Positions 19,438 to 27,934 of a stretch of 64,000 nucleotides of DNA are shown here, one piece after another. The stretch covers positions 10,693-74,692 of the forward strand of contig CAIYRH010000018.1 in assembly GCA_903928565.1 (NCBI GenBank), read 5' to 3'. The position numbers and the translations under genes are program-made. The DNA is from Candidatus Staskawiczbacteria bacterium. GTDB taxonomy: Bacteria; Patescibacteriota; Minisyncoccia; Minisyncoccales; Staskawiczbacteraceae. The notes beneath the pieces were generated by a model. It saw nothing but the letters and a program-made list of their open reading frames with translations, was not told where the DNA came from and ran no database searches. The stretch's first letter is position 1. Every line of letters begins with the position of its first letter.

Positions 19438-20832
19438 TTAATTAATTACTTCTATTGTTCCCCTTATCATTCCCATTGTACAAGAAAACCCAAACGTACC
19501 CGCTGTTTGTGGAGTAAATTCTTTTACCGAAAGTTGCCCCGGAGTTAAATCAATTGCTCCATCAAATAATTTGCCAGAAATAATTGCCCCATTACATCCA
19601 AGCGAACTACCTGCCGTAATTTCCCACCTAACAGGAACTCCCGCCTTAACCTTAAAATAATTTGGGCTGTCTTCAGAACCAGTGGCAGTCATTGCAAGAA
19701 CCTGTTTTCCATTTACAATTGGTGCCAGGCCATTTTGCTTTGCCTCGCCAGAGCCTTGCGCGGAGGCGGGCGTTTGTGTCACTGTGTTATTATTGCCCGT
19801 AAATCCCAAAACCGTTGCTTGGTTAGACATATTAAACAGCGCAAAAAAGATTACTAAAAATCCGGCAACTTTAGAAAACCTTTGCGCCAAATGTGGTTTT
19901 GAAGATAATTTAACACTTGAAAGCCCAATAAAAAATAATACGGGAATTGTTCCAAGTGCGAACGCGCCCATTATTAATGCTCCGCTTACCATATTGCCCG
20001 AAAGCAATGCCAAACTTTGGACTGTTATTGTAAAACCACAAGGCAAAAAGAATGTTAACGCTCCCATAATAAATGGAGCATATTTTGTTTTGAAATTATT
20101 TTCATTGGCAATTCCGCGTGTAACTGACTTTGGTGCCGAAAGCTGAAATTTTCTGAAAGCTTTTACTCCAAGCATTTGCAGGCCTAAAGCAATCATTAAA
20201 ATAGAGATTGCAACAACTAAGTAACCCGTAATTTGCGGAGAAATTTGAAGCCGGCTACCAATTAACCCCAAAACGCCACCCAATACAGTGTAAGAGATTA
20301 ATCTTCCGGCGTTAAACATTAAATGTGGTTGAAGTTTTTTTGATGTGCTTTGATCTTGTGCATACAAACTGTTCCATTGTTTAGACATTGATAAAACAAT
20401 TCCGCCAACTAGCGCGGCGCAAGAAGACAGCCCAGCCAATAAACCAAAACCTAAAAAGGTTAAAACAGAAGAGCTTGAGCTTAAACTTAAAAAATTAGCA
20501 ATGCCTAATTTGTCTAAAACCAAAAAGGCAATAATTATAAAAATTGCAATATTAAAAGCCACTAACGTTGGATTGGCCCTTCGACTTCGCTCAGGGTCTT
20601 CGACCTTCTTTTCTTTTATATTTCCGTCTGAAAACGTGTAGTTGTCTTCTTTAAATATTCTATTTAATCTTTCTGGGTTTGGGCGGTCACCGTCGAATTC
20701 AATTGTAACTTCGCCTTTTGTAGTTGAAGCATTAACTGCTTTAATATTTTGTAAATCTAAAAGTTTTTTCTCAACTAAAATTTCGCACGAAGCGCAATGC
20801 ATTCCAACAACTTTGTATATATGTTCTGTCAT
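19438..20832 (-). CDS. HMA + DsbD-like (cytochrome c biogenesis-type TM) + cupredoxin-like fusion protein
   Basis: GMHCASC, SSCAALVGG, FFLPCGF, C-terminal FSCTMGM. Confidence 0.85.
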   Translation of the reverse strand: MTEHIYKVVGMHCASCEILVEKKLLDLQNIKAVNASTTKGEVTIEFDGDRPNPERLNRIFKEDNYTFSDGNIKEKKVEDPERSRRANPTLVAFNIAIFIIIAFLVLDKLGIANFLSLSSSSSVLTFLGFGLLAGLSSCAALVGGIVLSMSKQWNSLYAQDQSTSKKLQPHLMFNAGRLISYTVLGGVLGLIGSRLQISPQITGYLVVAISILMIALGLQMLGVKAFRKFQLSAPKSVTRGIANENNFKTKYAPFIMGALTFFLPCGFTITVQSLALLSGNMVSGALIMGAFALGTIPVLFFIGLSSVKLSSKPHLAQRFSKVAGFLVIFFALFNMSNQATVLGFTGNNNTVTQTPASAQGSGEAKQNGLAPIVNGKQVLAMTATGSEDSPNYFKVKAGVPVRWEITAGSSLGCNGAIISGKLFDGAIDLTPGQLSVKEFTPQTAGTFGFSCTMGMIRGTIEVIN

Positions 20833-20839
20833 ATTATTA

Positions 20840-20924
20840 AGTGAGCCAAATAAATTTTTGGAGGAGGGGCAATCGCCTTTAGGACATTCCCCCGACGAGC
20901 AAAAATTTAATTTGGCGAGCGAAG
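20840..20924. repeat. MITE/REP-like imperfect inverted-repeat element
   Basis: GCCAAATAAATTTTTG...CAAAAATTTAATTTGGCGAGCG; relatives at about 23999-24113, 25037-25073, 39741-39781 and 63606-63650. Confidence 0.65.
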
Positions 20925-21200
20925 TTATTTGTTAAATAATTTAGTTACTTTTAAAATTTCATCGGTCATTTCTTGTTTTCTTTTACTGTTTTTAGAAGCC
21001 ATTGCATTTTTAAAACAAGAATTTAAATGGCTTTCCATTAGCATCTCGTGTGCCGAGCGCAACAAACCTATAACAGCCAAATTTTGCTGCATAATATCTA
21101 CGCAATATTCGCCCTCTTCAATCATTTTAATAATTCCCAAAAGAGAACCTTGGGCTTTTTTAAAACTAACCAACGCTTTTTGCCTATTTTCACTTAACAT
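20925..21200 (-). CDS. csoR: CsoR/RcnR-family metal-sensing repressor
   Basis: QG.L.GIIKMIEEGEYCVDI..Q; HLNSC; heads the copper operon. Confidence 0.85.
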   Translation of the reverse strand: MLSENRQKALVSFKKAQGSLLGIIKMIEEGEYCVDIMQQNLAVIGLLRSAHEMLMESHLNSCFKNAMASKNSKRKQEMTDEILKVTKLFNK

Positions 21201-21226
21201 AGTGTTTATTAATTTAATTAGTATTT

Positions 21227-21279
21227 TACCCCTACCTAGGGTATAGGTCTATGATATCAAAAGCAAGCCCCCGTGTCAA
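21227..21279 (-). promoter_or_regulatory. sigma70 promoter and CsoR-type operator
   Basis: TTGACA (21279-21274)-17-TATCAT; TACCCCTACCTAGGGTA at 21227-21243 resembles TACCC...GGGTA CsoR sites. Confidence 0.7.
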
Positions 21280-21309
21280 TACCCCACCCCATTTCATATA
21301 ATAAAAAAT

Positions 21310-21371
21310 CCCCGACAACAAGCGCAAAATTGAACTTGCTATCGGGGCATCAACGCCTGCTTACGCAGGCG
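21310..21371 (-). terminator. GNRA-loop hairpin over the stop codon plus intrinsic terminator
   Basis: CGCCTGC-GTAA-GCAGGCG (21354-21371), then CCCCGA...TCGGGG plus T-tract. Confidence 0.7.
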
Positions 21372-22071
21372 GGATAACGGAGGAAACAACGGAACGGGAA
21401 CGCAGGTAGTCACTAGCATAGCCGGGGCTGTCCCAGTAGACAACGACCTCGCCACGGTCGACGACGAAGTACACGCCCGGCACGTAGCCACTGGAGCTGC
21501 GCGAGCCCGTACACAAGGTGGCATTTTTGACGTCCAAAAAATGACGGGTCGTCAGAAAATACCCAAGTTCAGGGAGCAGGCGCTCCAAAAGCGTGGCGCC
21601 CTTATGGCTTTCCGTCTTCAGCACGTTGGCCGACTTATTGGCATTTTCCTCGTCTGCCTCGACTGTCCGACGAAAACCGACAACGTACGAGCCGTCGCGG
21701 TTTGGGTCGCGGTCGTTGGTGGACACGTCTTTGTCGAGGTCATCAATATCGGTGCCGACCTTCAAACCAAACGGCTTCAGCACCTCGCGGAGCGTGGCAA
21801 CCACCTTATTGCAGGTGACGCCCTTAACCGCAGGCACAAGCCAGAGATTCGGGTTTTCCGCGACGCCGAGCTTTTTACTGACCTCGGCATACTCAGCAGA
21901 CATACCGAGCGCCGCATAGGTTATTTGCCAGTTAATATCGGGCACATTGCCGAATACAAACTGTTGCAGCACCTCGGCGAAAGCCTCTGGCTCCCGCTTT
22001 CCGTCGAGCACCAGCTTGTTAGCACTGGCTGCTAGTTTCCATAGACGTTCAAACACATTGTCATTGCTCAT
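21361..22071 (-). CDS. GC-rich hypothetical protein; probable DGR target (C-type-lectin-like C-terminus)
   Basis: Start MSND after AAGGA; C-terminus GSR..G.VP.V.....V.W..P..A.D.LRSR with NNC/NNT codons and an A-free 3' end. Confidence 0.7.
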   Translation of the reverse strand: MSNDNVFERLWKLAASANKLVLDGKREPEAFAEVLQQFVFGNVPDINWQITYAALGMSAEYAEVSKKLGVAENPNLWLVPAVKGVTCNKVVATLREVLKPFGLKVGTDIDDLDKDVSTNDRDPNRDGSYVVGFRRTVEADEENANKSANVLKTESHKGATLLERLLPELGYFLTTRHFLDVKNATLCTGSRSSSGYVPGVYFVVDRGEVVVYWDSPGYASDYLRSRSVVSSVIPPA

Positions 22072-22207
22072 GACAGTTTCCTTTCTTATAAGCACGATGA
22101 AGCAATTGCCCAGTTTGGTAGCACCAAACCAGTAAAACAACTACTATTGTCAACGAGCCTACTACCGTCTTATTACCACAAAAAAACAACGCTGTCAAGC
22201 ATTATTT

Positions 22208-23332
22208 TTACTTAATAATTCCGCCGCCGAGGACTTGGTTACCTTTGTAAAAAACGGCGGATTGGCCTTGGGCTAGGGCTTTGCCGGATTTTTTAAAAAC
22301 TAATTTACCATCTTTATATAAAGTTGCTTTTTGCAAAGGGGCTCTATAGCGAGTGCGCGCGTCAACCAAAACCGGAAAACTTGTTGGCCTATTTATCCAA
22401 TTAATATTTACAATTTTGGCTGTTTTGGTGGCTAAATCTTTTTCTTTACCAACATATATTATATTTTTCTTTAAATCTTTTTTAACAATAAAATATGGCC
22501 CATGCCCATCTGTTATGTTTAAGCCGTGGCGTTGGCCAATTGTATAATAATATACGCCATCATGCATTCCGATGACTTGGTCAGCGGAGTGTCCTGAGCG
22601 AGCAAAGCGAGTCGAAGGATTCCACAAAATTATTTTACCTATTTTTGGTTTTATATACATTTTTAAAAATGCCTTCATATCAAACTGCCCCACAAAGCAA
22701 ACCCCTTGGCTGTCTTTCTTTTCGGCGTTGTCTAATTTAAATTTCTTAGCTAATTTTCTAACTTCGGGTTTTACTAAATTCCCCACCGGAAAAATTATTT
22801 TATCTAACTGATTTTTTTTAATTTCATACAAAAAATACGTCTGATCTTTATTTGCATCGTGGGCAGTTTGTAGTTTGTAGTTTGTAGTTTGTAGTTTTTT
22901 ATTTTTAGATTTATTTCGAATTTCGAATTTCGAATTTCGAATTTCCCGCTTTATGCGGGCGTAGTGTCCTGTTGCCACAAAATCAAAACCCTCTTTCATT
23001 GCCCTATCAAAAAAATAACCAAACTTTATTATTTTATTACACATAACGTCGGGGTTTGGAGTAATCCCCTTTTTATATGAGTCAATCATATACTTGCCCA
23101 CCTGAGTCTCATATTCTTTTGAATAATCCCAGGTTAGAAAAGGAATTTTAAGTTTGGCACATGCCCGCATTGCATCTTGCCTGTCTGTTTTCCAAATGCA
23201 TTCTTTGCCTAAAATTTCCGGCGCCCACTGACGCATATAAATTCCAACTACGCTAAAACCAGCCTTTTTCAGCAAAGCCGCTGAAACACTAGAATCTACG
23301 CCCCCAGACATTGCACAGGCGACCTTAACCAT
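22208..23332 (-). CDS. mnmA: tRNA 2-thiouridylase
   Basis: SGGVDS, TPNPDVMCN, ATGHYA, KDQTYFL, DSQGVCF, YTIGQR, GQSAVFY; contains repeat-derived insertions. Confidence 0.95.
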   Translation of the reverse strand: MVKVACAMSGGVDSSVSAALLKKAGFSVVGIYMRQWAPEILGKECIWKTDRQDAMRACAKLKIPFLTWDYSKEYETQVGKYMIDSYKKGITPNPDVMCNKIIKFGYFFDRAMKEGFDFVATGHYARIKREIRNSKFEIRNKSKNKKLQTTNYKLQTAHDANKDQTYFLYEIKKNQLDKIIFPVGNLVKPEVRKLAKKFKLDNAEKKDSQGVCFVGQFDMKAFLKMYIKPKIGKIILWNPSTRFARSGHSADQVIGMHDGVYYYTIGQRHGLNITDGHGPYFIVKKDLKKNIIYVGKEKDLATKTAKIVNINWINRPTSFPVLVDARTRYRAPLQKATLYKDGKLVFKKSGKALAQGQSAVFYKGNQVLGGGIIK

Positions 23333-23987
23333 AATACTTTTCTAAATAAAATTTAATTAGTTGTTCAATTGCCGGAATTGCTTCTGGGTCACCAACGCCA
23401 ACTTTTAATTTCTTCTGCACATCAAGCAAAGTGCGAGCTCCTTCTAAAACCGCCTCTTCAATGTCGTGGTCGGTAATGTTTAACCTTTTATCTATAACTT
23501 TATGACCCAAAACAATAATTTTTTCGTGCTGGCCTTTATTTCTAAAATAATTATTGGCGGCCTGCATAAACGCTTTGTCGCACAATACAGAACAATGCAC
23601 CTTTCTAACCGGTAAACCACCAAGACGCGCCATAATATCTTGCGGTTTTATTGCTAAAGCTTGATCAACAGTCATGCCCCCTTTTTCTGTAACAATAACC
23701 GAAAACATAGAAGTTGCCGCAATTGCCGAAGCACAACCAAAAGTTCTCCACTTTAATTTTTTAATTTTTTCTGTTTTTGGGTCAACTTTTATCCAAATGC
23801 GCATAACATCGCCACATTGAGGCGAACCAACTTGTCCCTCGGCGTCGAATTCGCCCTTCTTGGGCATTTTAGGTAAAAAATTTCTGGGGTGGAAAAAATG
23901 GTCTTTTACTGTTTCAGAATAAACCCAGCCATCGCCAACACGGGCACTGGCAACATCGGTTTTCTTTATTTTTGCTTTAGTTTTCAT
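23325..23987 (-). CDS. IscU/NifU-like Fe-S scaffold with C-terminal BFD-like domain
   Basis: GSPQCGD, FGCASAIA, KVHCS; C-terminal ITDHDIEEAV..GA. Confidence 0.85.
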   Translation of the reverse strand: MKTKAKIKKTDVASARVGDGWVYSETVKDHFFHPRNFLPKMPKKGEFDAEGQVGSPQCGDVMRIWIKVDPKTEKIKKLKWRTFGCASAIAATSMFSVIVTEKGGMTVDQALAIKPQDIMARLGGLPVRKVHCSVLCDKAFMQAANNYFRNKGQHEKIIVLGHKVIDKRLNITDHDIEEAVLEGARTLLDVQKKLKVGVGDPEAIPAIEQLIKFYLEKYYG

Positions 23988-24114
23988 ATAATATTATTTA
24001 GCGAGGCAATAAACTTTTTGTAGACCCAGGTCCACTTGCCTGCAAAGGCAAAGGGGGTTACCTGCATCGGAAAAAAGTTTGATTGGCGAGCGAAGAATTC
24101 GCTAGCGAGCGTTT

Positions 24115-25338
24115 TTAAATCTTCACATTTACCGGAGAAATACTTCTTAAATCAGAAACAATTTTTGGTAAAACTTTTAAAACATAATCTAAATCTTTTT
24201 TTGTTGTGTATTTGCCCATAGTAAACCTTAAATTTCCATTGGCATATTCATATGGCCTTCCTAGGGCTAAAATGACGTGTGAGGGCTCTAAACTTTGCGA
24301 ATCGCAGGCAGAACCAGTTGAACAAAAAATTCCATATTTATCGAGCCACAAAAGCATTGCCTCACCTTCAATATCTAAAATTGAAATGTTTATATTGTTT
24401 GGTAATCTTTTTTCTGCGTGACCATTCAAAACAACCTTAGAAACTTTTTTAGAAATTTCTTTTATAAAATAGTCACGCAATTTTGCTTCTCGTGCTGACT
24501 CTTGTTTTCTTTTTGCCTGCGATAATTCTAAGGCCTTGGCCAATCCAACAATTCCTGCAATGTTTTCTGTGCCACTGCGCAACCCTTTTTCTTGACCTCC
24601 ACCAAAAACTATTGGTTTAAGCTTAGTGCCGGTTCTAACATACAAAACTCCCATTCCTTTTGGGCCATAAATTTTACTTCCATTAAGGGTTAATAAATCA
24701 ACTCCTAATTTTTGAACATCTAAATCTAAATATCCGGCAGCTTGGCAAGCATCGGTGTGAAAATAAATTGGAGCGTCTATATTTCTTTTTATTCTATCGG
24801 CTTTTATTTCTTTTATAATTTCACCAATTTCTTTTATCGGTTGAATGGTGCCAATTTCGTTGTTGGCGTACATTATTGAGACTAAAATTGTGCTGTCTGT
24901 TATAGCCTTTTTAAAATCGTCTAAGATTAAAACGCCGTCTTTATCTACTTTAGAATAAACTAGATCAAAACCTTCTTTTTCGAGTTGCTCGCATGTATAC
25001 AAAACCGCATGGTGTTCGATGGCCGAAGTGACGATACATTCCCCCGACGAGTAAAAATTTGATTTAGCGAGGCTAGTCAAAAAAGCACGCGCCACACCCA
25101 AAATTGCCAAATTGTCGCTTTCTGTGCCCGAGCCCGTAAAAATAATTTCTTCCGGTTTGCAATTTAAAATTTTAGCAATTGATTTTCTGGCCTGCAATAT
25201 TGCTGTTTTTGATTCTCTACCCGAACCATGCAAAGAGCCGGGGTTGCCGTAAACTTTATTAAAATAAGGCTCCATTGCTTTTAACACGCGGGAATCTGTT
25301 GGAGTTGTGGCTGCGTTGTCTAAATATATTTTTTGCAT
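24115..25338 (-). CDS. iscS: Cysteine desulfurase
   Basis: YLDNAATT, GSGTESDN, NNEIGT, HTDACQ, SKIYGPKG, STGSAC. Confidence 0.92.
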   Translation of the reverse strand: MQKIYLDNAATTPTDSRVLKAMEPYFNKVYGNPGSLHGSGRESKTAILQARKSIAKILNCKPEEIIFTGSGTESDNLAILGVARAFLTSLAKSNFYSSGECIVTSAIEHHAVLYTCEQLEKEGFDLVYSKVDKDGVLILDDFKKAITDSTILVSIMYANNEIGTIQPIKEIGEIIKEIKADRIKRNIDAPIYFHTDACQAAGYLDLDVQKLGVDLLTLNGSKIYGPKGMGVLYVRTGTKLKPIVFGGGQEKGLRSGTENIAGIVGLAKALELSQAKRKQESAREAKLRDYFIKEISKKVSKVVLNGHAEKRLPNNINISILDIEGEAMLLWLDKYGIFCSTGSACDSQSLEPSHVILALGRPYEYANGNLRFTMGKYTTKKDLDYVLKVLPKIVSDLRSISPVNVKI

Positions 25339-25342
25339 ATTA

Positions 25343-25747
25343 TTATTTAATAAGACTTGCTAATGTAATTGAATTCAATGTTTTGTTTAATGCTAAATCA
25401 ATTTTGCTCCACACATTTTTAGCAAGGCATTTTTTTGACCTAAGGCAACCCGTGCAATCTACGGTGTTTATGTCTTCAAGTAATTTTATAACGTCGGCAA
25501 CAGCTATTTTTGTCGGACTTTTAGCAAGAGCATAGCCACCATTGGCACCATGGTGCGAAACTACCAATTTACCTTTTTCTAAACTGGAAAAAATTTTACT
25601 TAAAAATTCAAAAGGCACACCTTCAATATTTGAAATTTGTCTAATTGAAACAGCCCCGTTGCTATTGCGGTTTTTTTTGTGAGGTGGATTTTTTGCCAAA
25701 TGGACCATTGCAGTAAGCCCATACTCGGCCTTTTTTGATATTTTCAT
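25343..25747 (-). CDS. Rrf2-family regulator (IscR-like)
   Basis: MKISKKAEYGL, GANGGY, three Cys (CTGC..C); start moved to ATG 25747. Confidence 0.85.
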   Translation of the reverse strand: MKISKKAEYGLTAMVHLAKNPPHKKNRNSNGAVSIRQISNIEGVPFEFLSKIFSSLEKGKLVVSHHGANGGYALAKSPTKIAVADVIKLLEDINTVDCTGCLRSKKCLAKNVWSKIDLALNKTLNSITLASLIK

Positions 25748-25777
25748 TTTTTTAATAGAAGTTACTCTAGAATTAGC

Positions 25778-25836
25778 ATAACCGACCAATTTAGTCGGTT
25801 ATGGTTGATAGTATCAAAACAAAAACCCCCTGTCAA
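25778..25836 (-). promoter_or_regulatory. IscR type-1-like operator and sigma70 promoter
   Basis: ATAACCGACTAAATTGGTCGGTTAT (25778-25802) fits ATASYYGACTRwwwYAGTCRRSTAT closely; TTGACA-17-TACTAT upstream. Confidence 0.8.
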
Positions 25837-25857
25837 GGGTGAAAAAAGGAGTTTTTT

Positions 25858-26319
25858 TTAACTGTCTAATACCTTTACGTCGTGCTCTAAAATTTTATAT
25901 TCGTCTTCAAAAATAAAATTTGCTTCAACCTTGCTTCCCTTTAGCACATGGGGCATCCAGTGAGCATCGTCGGGCCACATTTTTTTATATGGAATTTCGT
26001 CGTGTAAAAACCATTTTGGCGCCATTTCATCGGACTCTGCCGGCTCGCCGTCCCATTCTTTTGCCACAAATAAAGTTACCATTTGATTCCATTCTGGCTT
26101 GTCTGTAAATTTAAATTTAAAAACACCAACTTTCTCTATATTTTTCAAATCAACACCAATTTCTTCCTTGGCTTCTCTAACAGCTGCGTCTGTAATTTTT
26201 TCTCCAAATTCAACTTTTCCGCCTACTCCATTCCATTTCCCAACACCAAACCCTCTTTTCTTCATTGCTAAAAGAATTTGGTTGTCTTTAATCAGCAAAC
26301 ATAAAGTTGATTGCTTCAT
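25858..26319 (-). CDS. Nudix hydrolase (8-oxo-dGTPase, MutT/MTH1-like)
   Basis: KKRGFG..KWNGVGGKVE.GE....AAVREAKEEIG; MWPDD; start moved to MKQST. Confidence 0.88.
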   Translation of the reverse strand: MKQSTLCLLIKDNQILLAMKKRGFGVGKWNGVGGKVEFGEKITDAAVREAKEEIGVDLKNIEKVGVFKFKFTDKPEWNQMVTLFVAKEWDGEPAESDEMAPKWFLHDEIPYKKMWPDDAHWMPHVLKGSKVEANFIFEDEYKILEHDVKVLDS

Positions 26320-26327
26320 AATTTTTT

Positions 26328-26576
26328 TTACTGTTTTATTTTTGTTGATTTTCTTTTGCTGAAATAAAATATGTAAAGAATTTCTAATATACCCACTGTG
26401 TTTACAACTAATAGCACAACAAACCATGGCTTTGAGCCATTTCGGGCGGCTGTCCATAAAGCAATTCCCTTCCAAATTATTGACCATACTGCTAATAATG
26501 CAAACAAAACCATAAAACCTACCGGCACCGATTGGTACCCCATTACGTTTATAAACTGTTGAAAATCTGGATTCAT
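26328..26576 (-). CDS. Small membrane protein (DUF5652-like)
   Basis: WSIIWKGIALW.AARN..K.WF...NTVGILEILY. Confidence 0.8.
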   Translation of the reverse strand: MNPDFQQFINVMGYQSVPVGFMVLFALLAVWSIIWKGIALWTAARNGSKPWFVVLLVVNTVGILEILYIFYFSKRKSTKIKQ

Positions 26577-26594
26577 AATTTTTTTTATTTAATA

Positions 26595-27077
26595 TTATTT
26601 GCGATATTTATTTATTTCGTATCCTGCGACTCCAAAGGATACGGCTACGTTTAACGATTCTTTTTGCCCCGACATAGGCAAAAATATTATTTTATCTGAC
26701 TTTTTTAATACTGCTTTTGAAACGCCCTTTACCTCGTTGCCCAAAATTAGTGCTAACGGAAATTTAGGCTTAAGTTTTAAATAATTAATAGACTGTTTGC
26801 CTGCCTGCCGAGCTGGTAGGGCCTGCTCTAAAGCTATTATATTTATTCTACTCTTCTTTAGTTTGTCTAGCAACCTGCTAGTTTGTTTGCAATATTCAAA
26901 GGGAATTCTTTCTTCCGCCCCCAGTGCAGTTTTAGAAATTTTATGATGCGGTGGTTTACCGGTTATTCCGCATAAAAATATTTTGGCTACGCCCAACGCG
27001 TCGGAAGTTCTAAAAATAGAACCCACATTTTCTAGGCTTCTAATATTGTCGCAAATCACATAAAATTCTTTTTTCAT
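26595..27077 (-). CDS. TrmH/SpoU-family RNA methyltransferase
   Basis: NVGSIFRT, LGNEVKG, M.GQKESLNV. Confidence 0.9.
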   Translation of the reverse strand: MKKEFYVICDNIRSLENVGSIFRTSDALGVAKIFLCGITGKPPHHKISKTALGAEERIPFEYCKQTSRLLDKLKKSRINIIALEQALPARQAGKQSINYLKLKPKFPLALILGNEVKGVSKAVLKKSDKIIFLPMSGQKESLNVAVSFGVAGYEINKYRK

Positions 27078-27169
27078 TATTCAATTCTATACTCTTTGCC
27101 CAAAAAATCAACAAAAAAAGAGCCACACGGTTTTAACGGTGGCTTATAAAATCTGTTGAGGGGCAAGCC

Positions 27170-27769
27170 CTATATTCTTGCAATAGCAATGAAAACTTCG
27201 TTTATGAAGCGCTGAGTCCGCCCTTCGTTTGCCGACTTTGACTTCATTGCTTTAATTAAGCGAGTTGCAACCTTCGCTAGCTTGATGCGGTTTTCGATCG
27301 CATATTCCAACTTAAGTAAATCCCTTCGGTATATTTCACGAATTTTCCGAGAATCATCCTCCACGTCCATAGAAATAGACACCGTTTCCGACATGGGCAG
27401 ACAAGTCAAAGTGGCACCAAATCTTTCTCCAACAATGGGATGCTCGCCATTAACCCACTGATATTCGCCATAGCGCGTTGGGCGCCTGCCGGAAGGAATG
27501 CGTGCATGCGTATAATGCACAGACACATTAATAAGCTTCATGCAGGTAGGACCCGCATCGAAAAGCGTATTCTCGGGGCAATGGCTGCTACCAGTATCGA
27601 GAATACACTTTGCCCAATCCTTATGGTCATAACTTGCCTCTAGTATATTCCCGTCAAGATGCTTAATCTTCAAGCCCCTTCTTTCCAGCGACTCTTTTCC
27701 TGCGCTTAGGATTCCTAGTGGGTTTTCAAGCCCGGGCACCACTAAATACATCAATTTTATCGTTTTCAT
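27170..27769 (-). CDS. Hypothetical protein, paralog of 50606..51268
   Basis: Shared A.LTCLP..ETVS and GR.QRFI.E....IAR; own promoter (TTGACA-17-TAGATT) and terminator. Confidence 0.7.
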   Translation of the reverse strand: MKTIKLMYLVVPGLENPLGILSAGKESLERRGLKIKHLDGNILEASYDHKDWAKCILDTGSSHCPENTLFDAGPTCMKLINVSVHYTHARIPSGRRPTRYGEYQWVNGEHPIVGERFGATLTCLPMSETVSISMDVEDDSRKIREIYRRDLLKLEYAIENRIKLAKVATRLIKAMKSKSANEGRTQRFINEVFIAIARI

Positions 27770-27934
27770 ACAGGTATTTTTCTGTAAATGATCAATCAGT
27801 GTTCCGCGGCACACTGAAAAGCCGTTAGATATAATCTATATCTTTTCTAAATTTTTGTCAAACAAAAAATCGCCCTACTTACGGACGATTTTTAAATACG
27901 ATTTTTTATTTTTCTAAAAAACGGTTTTTACTAG

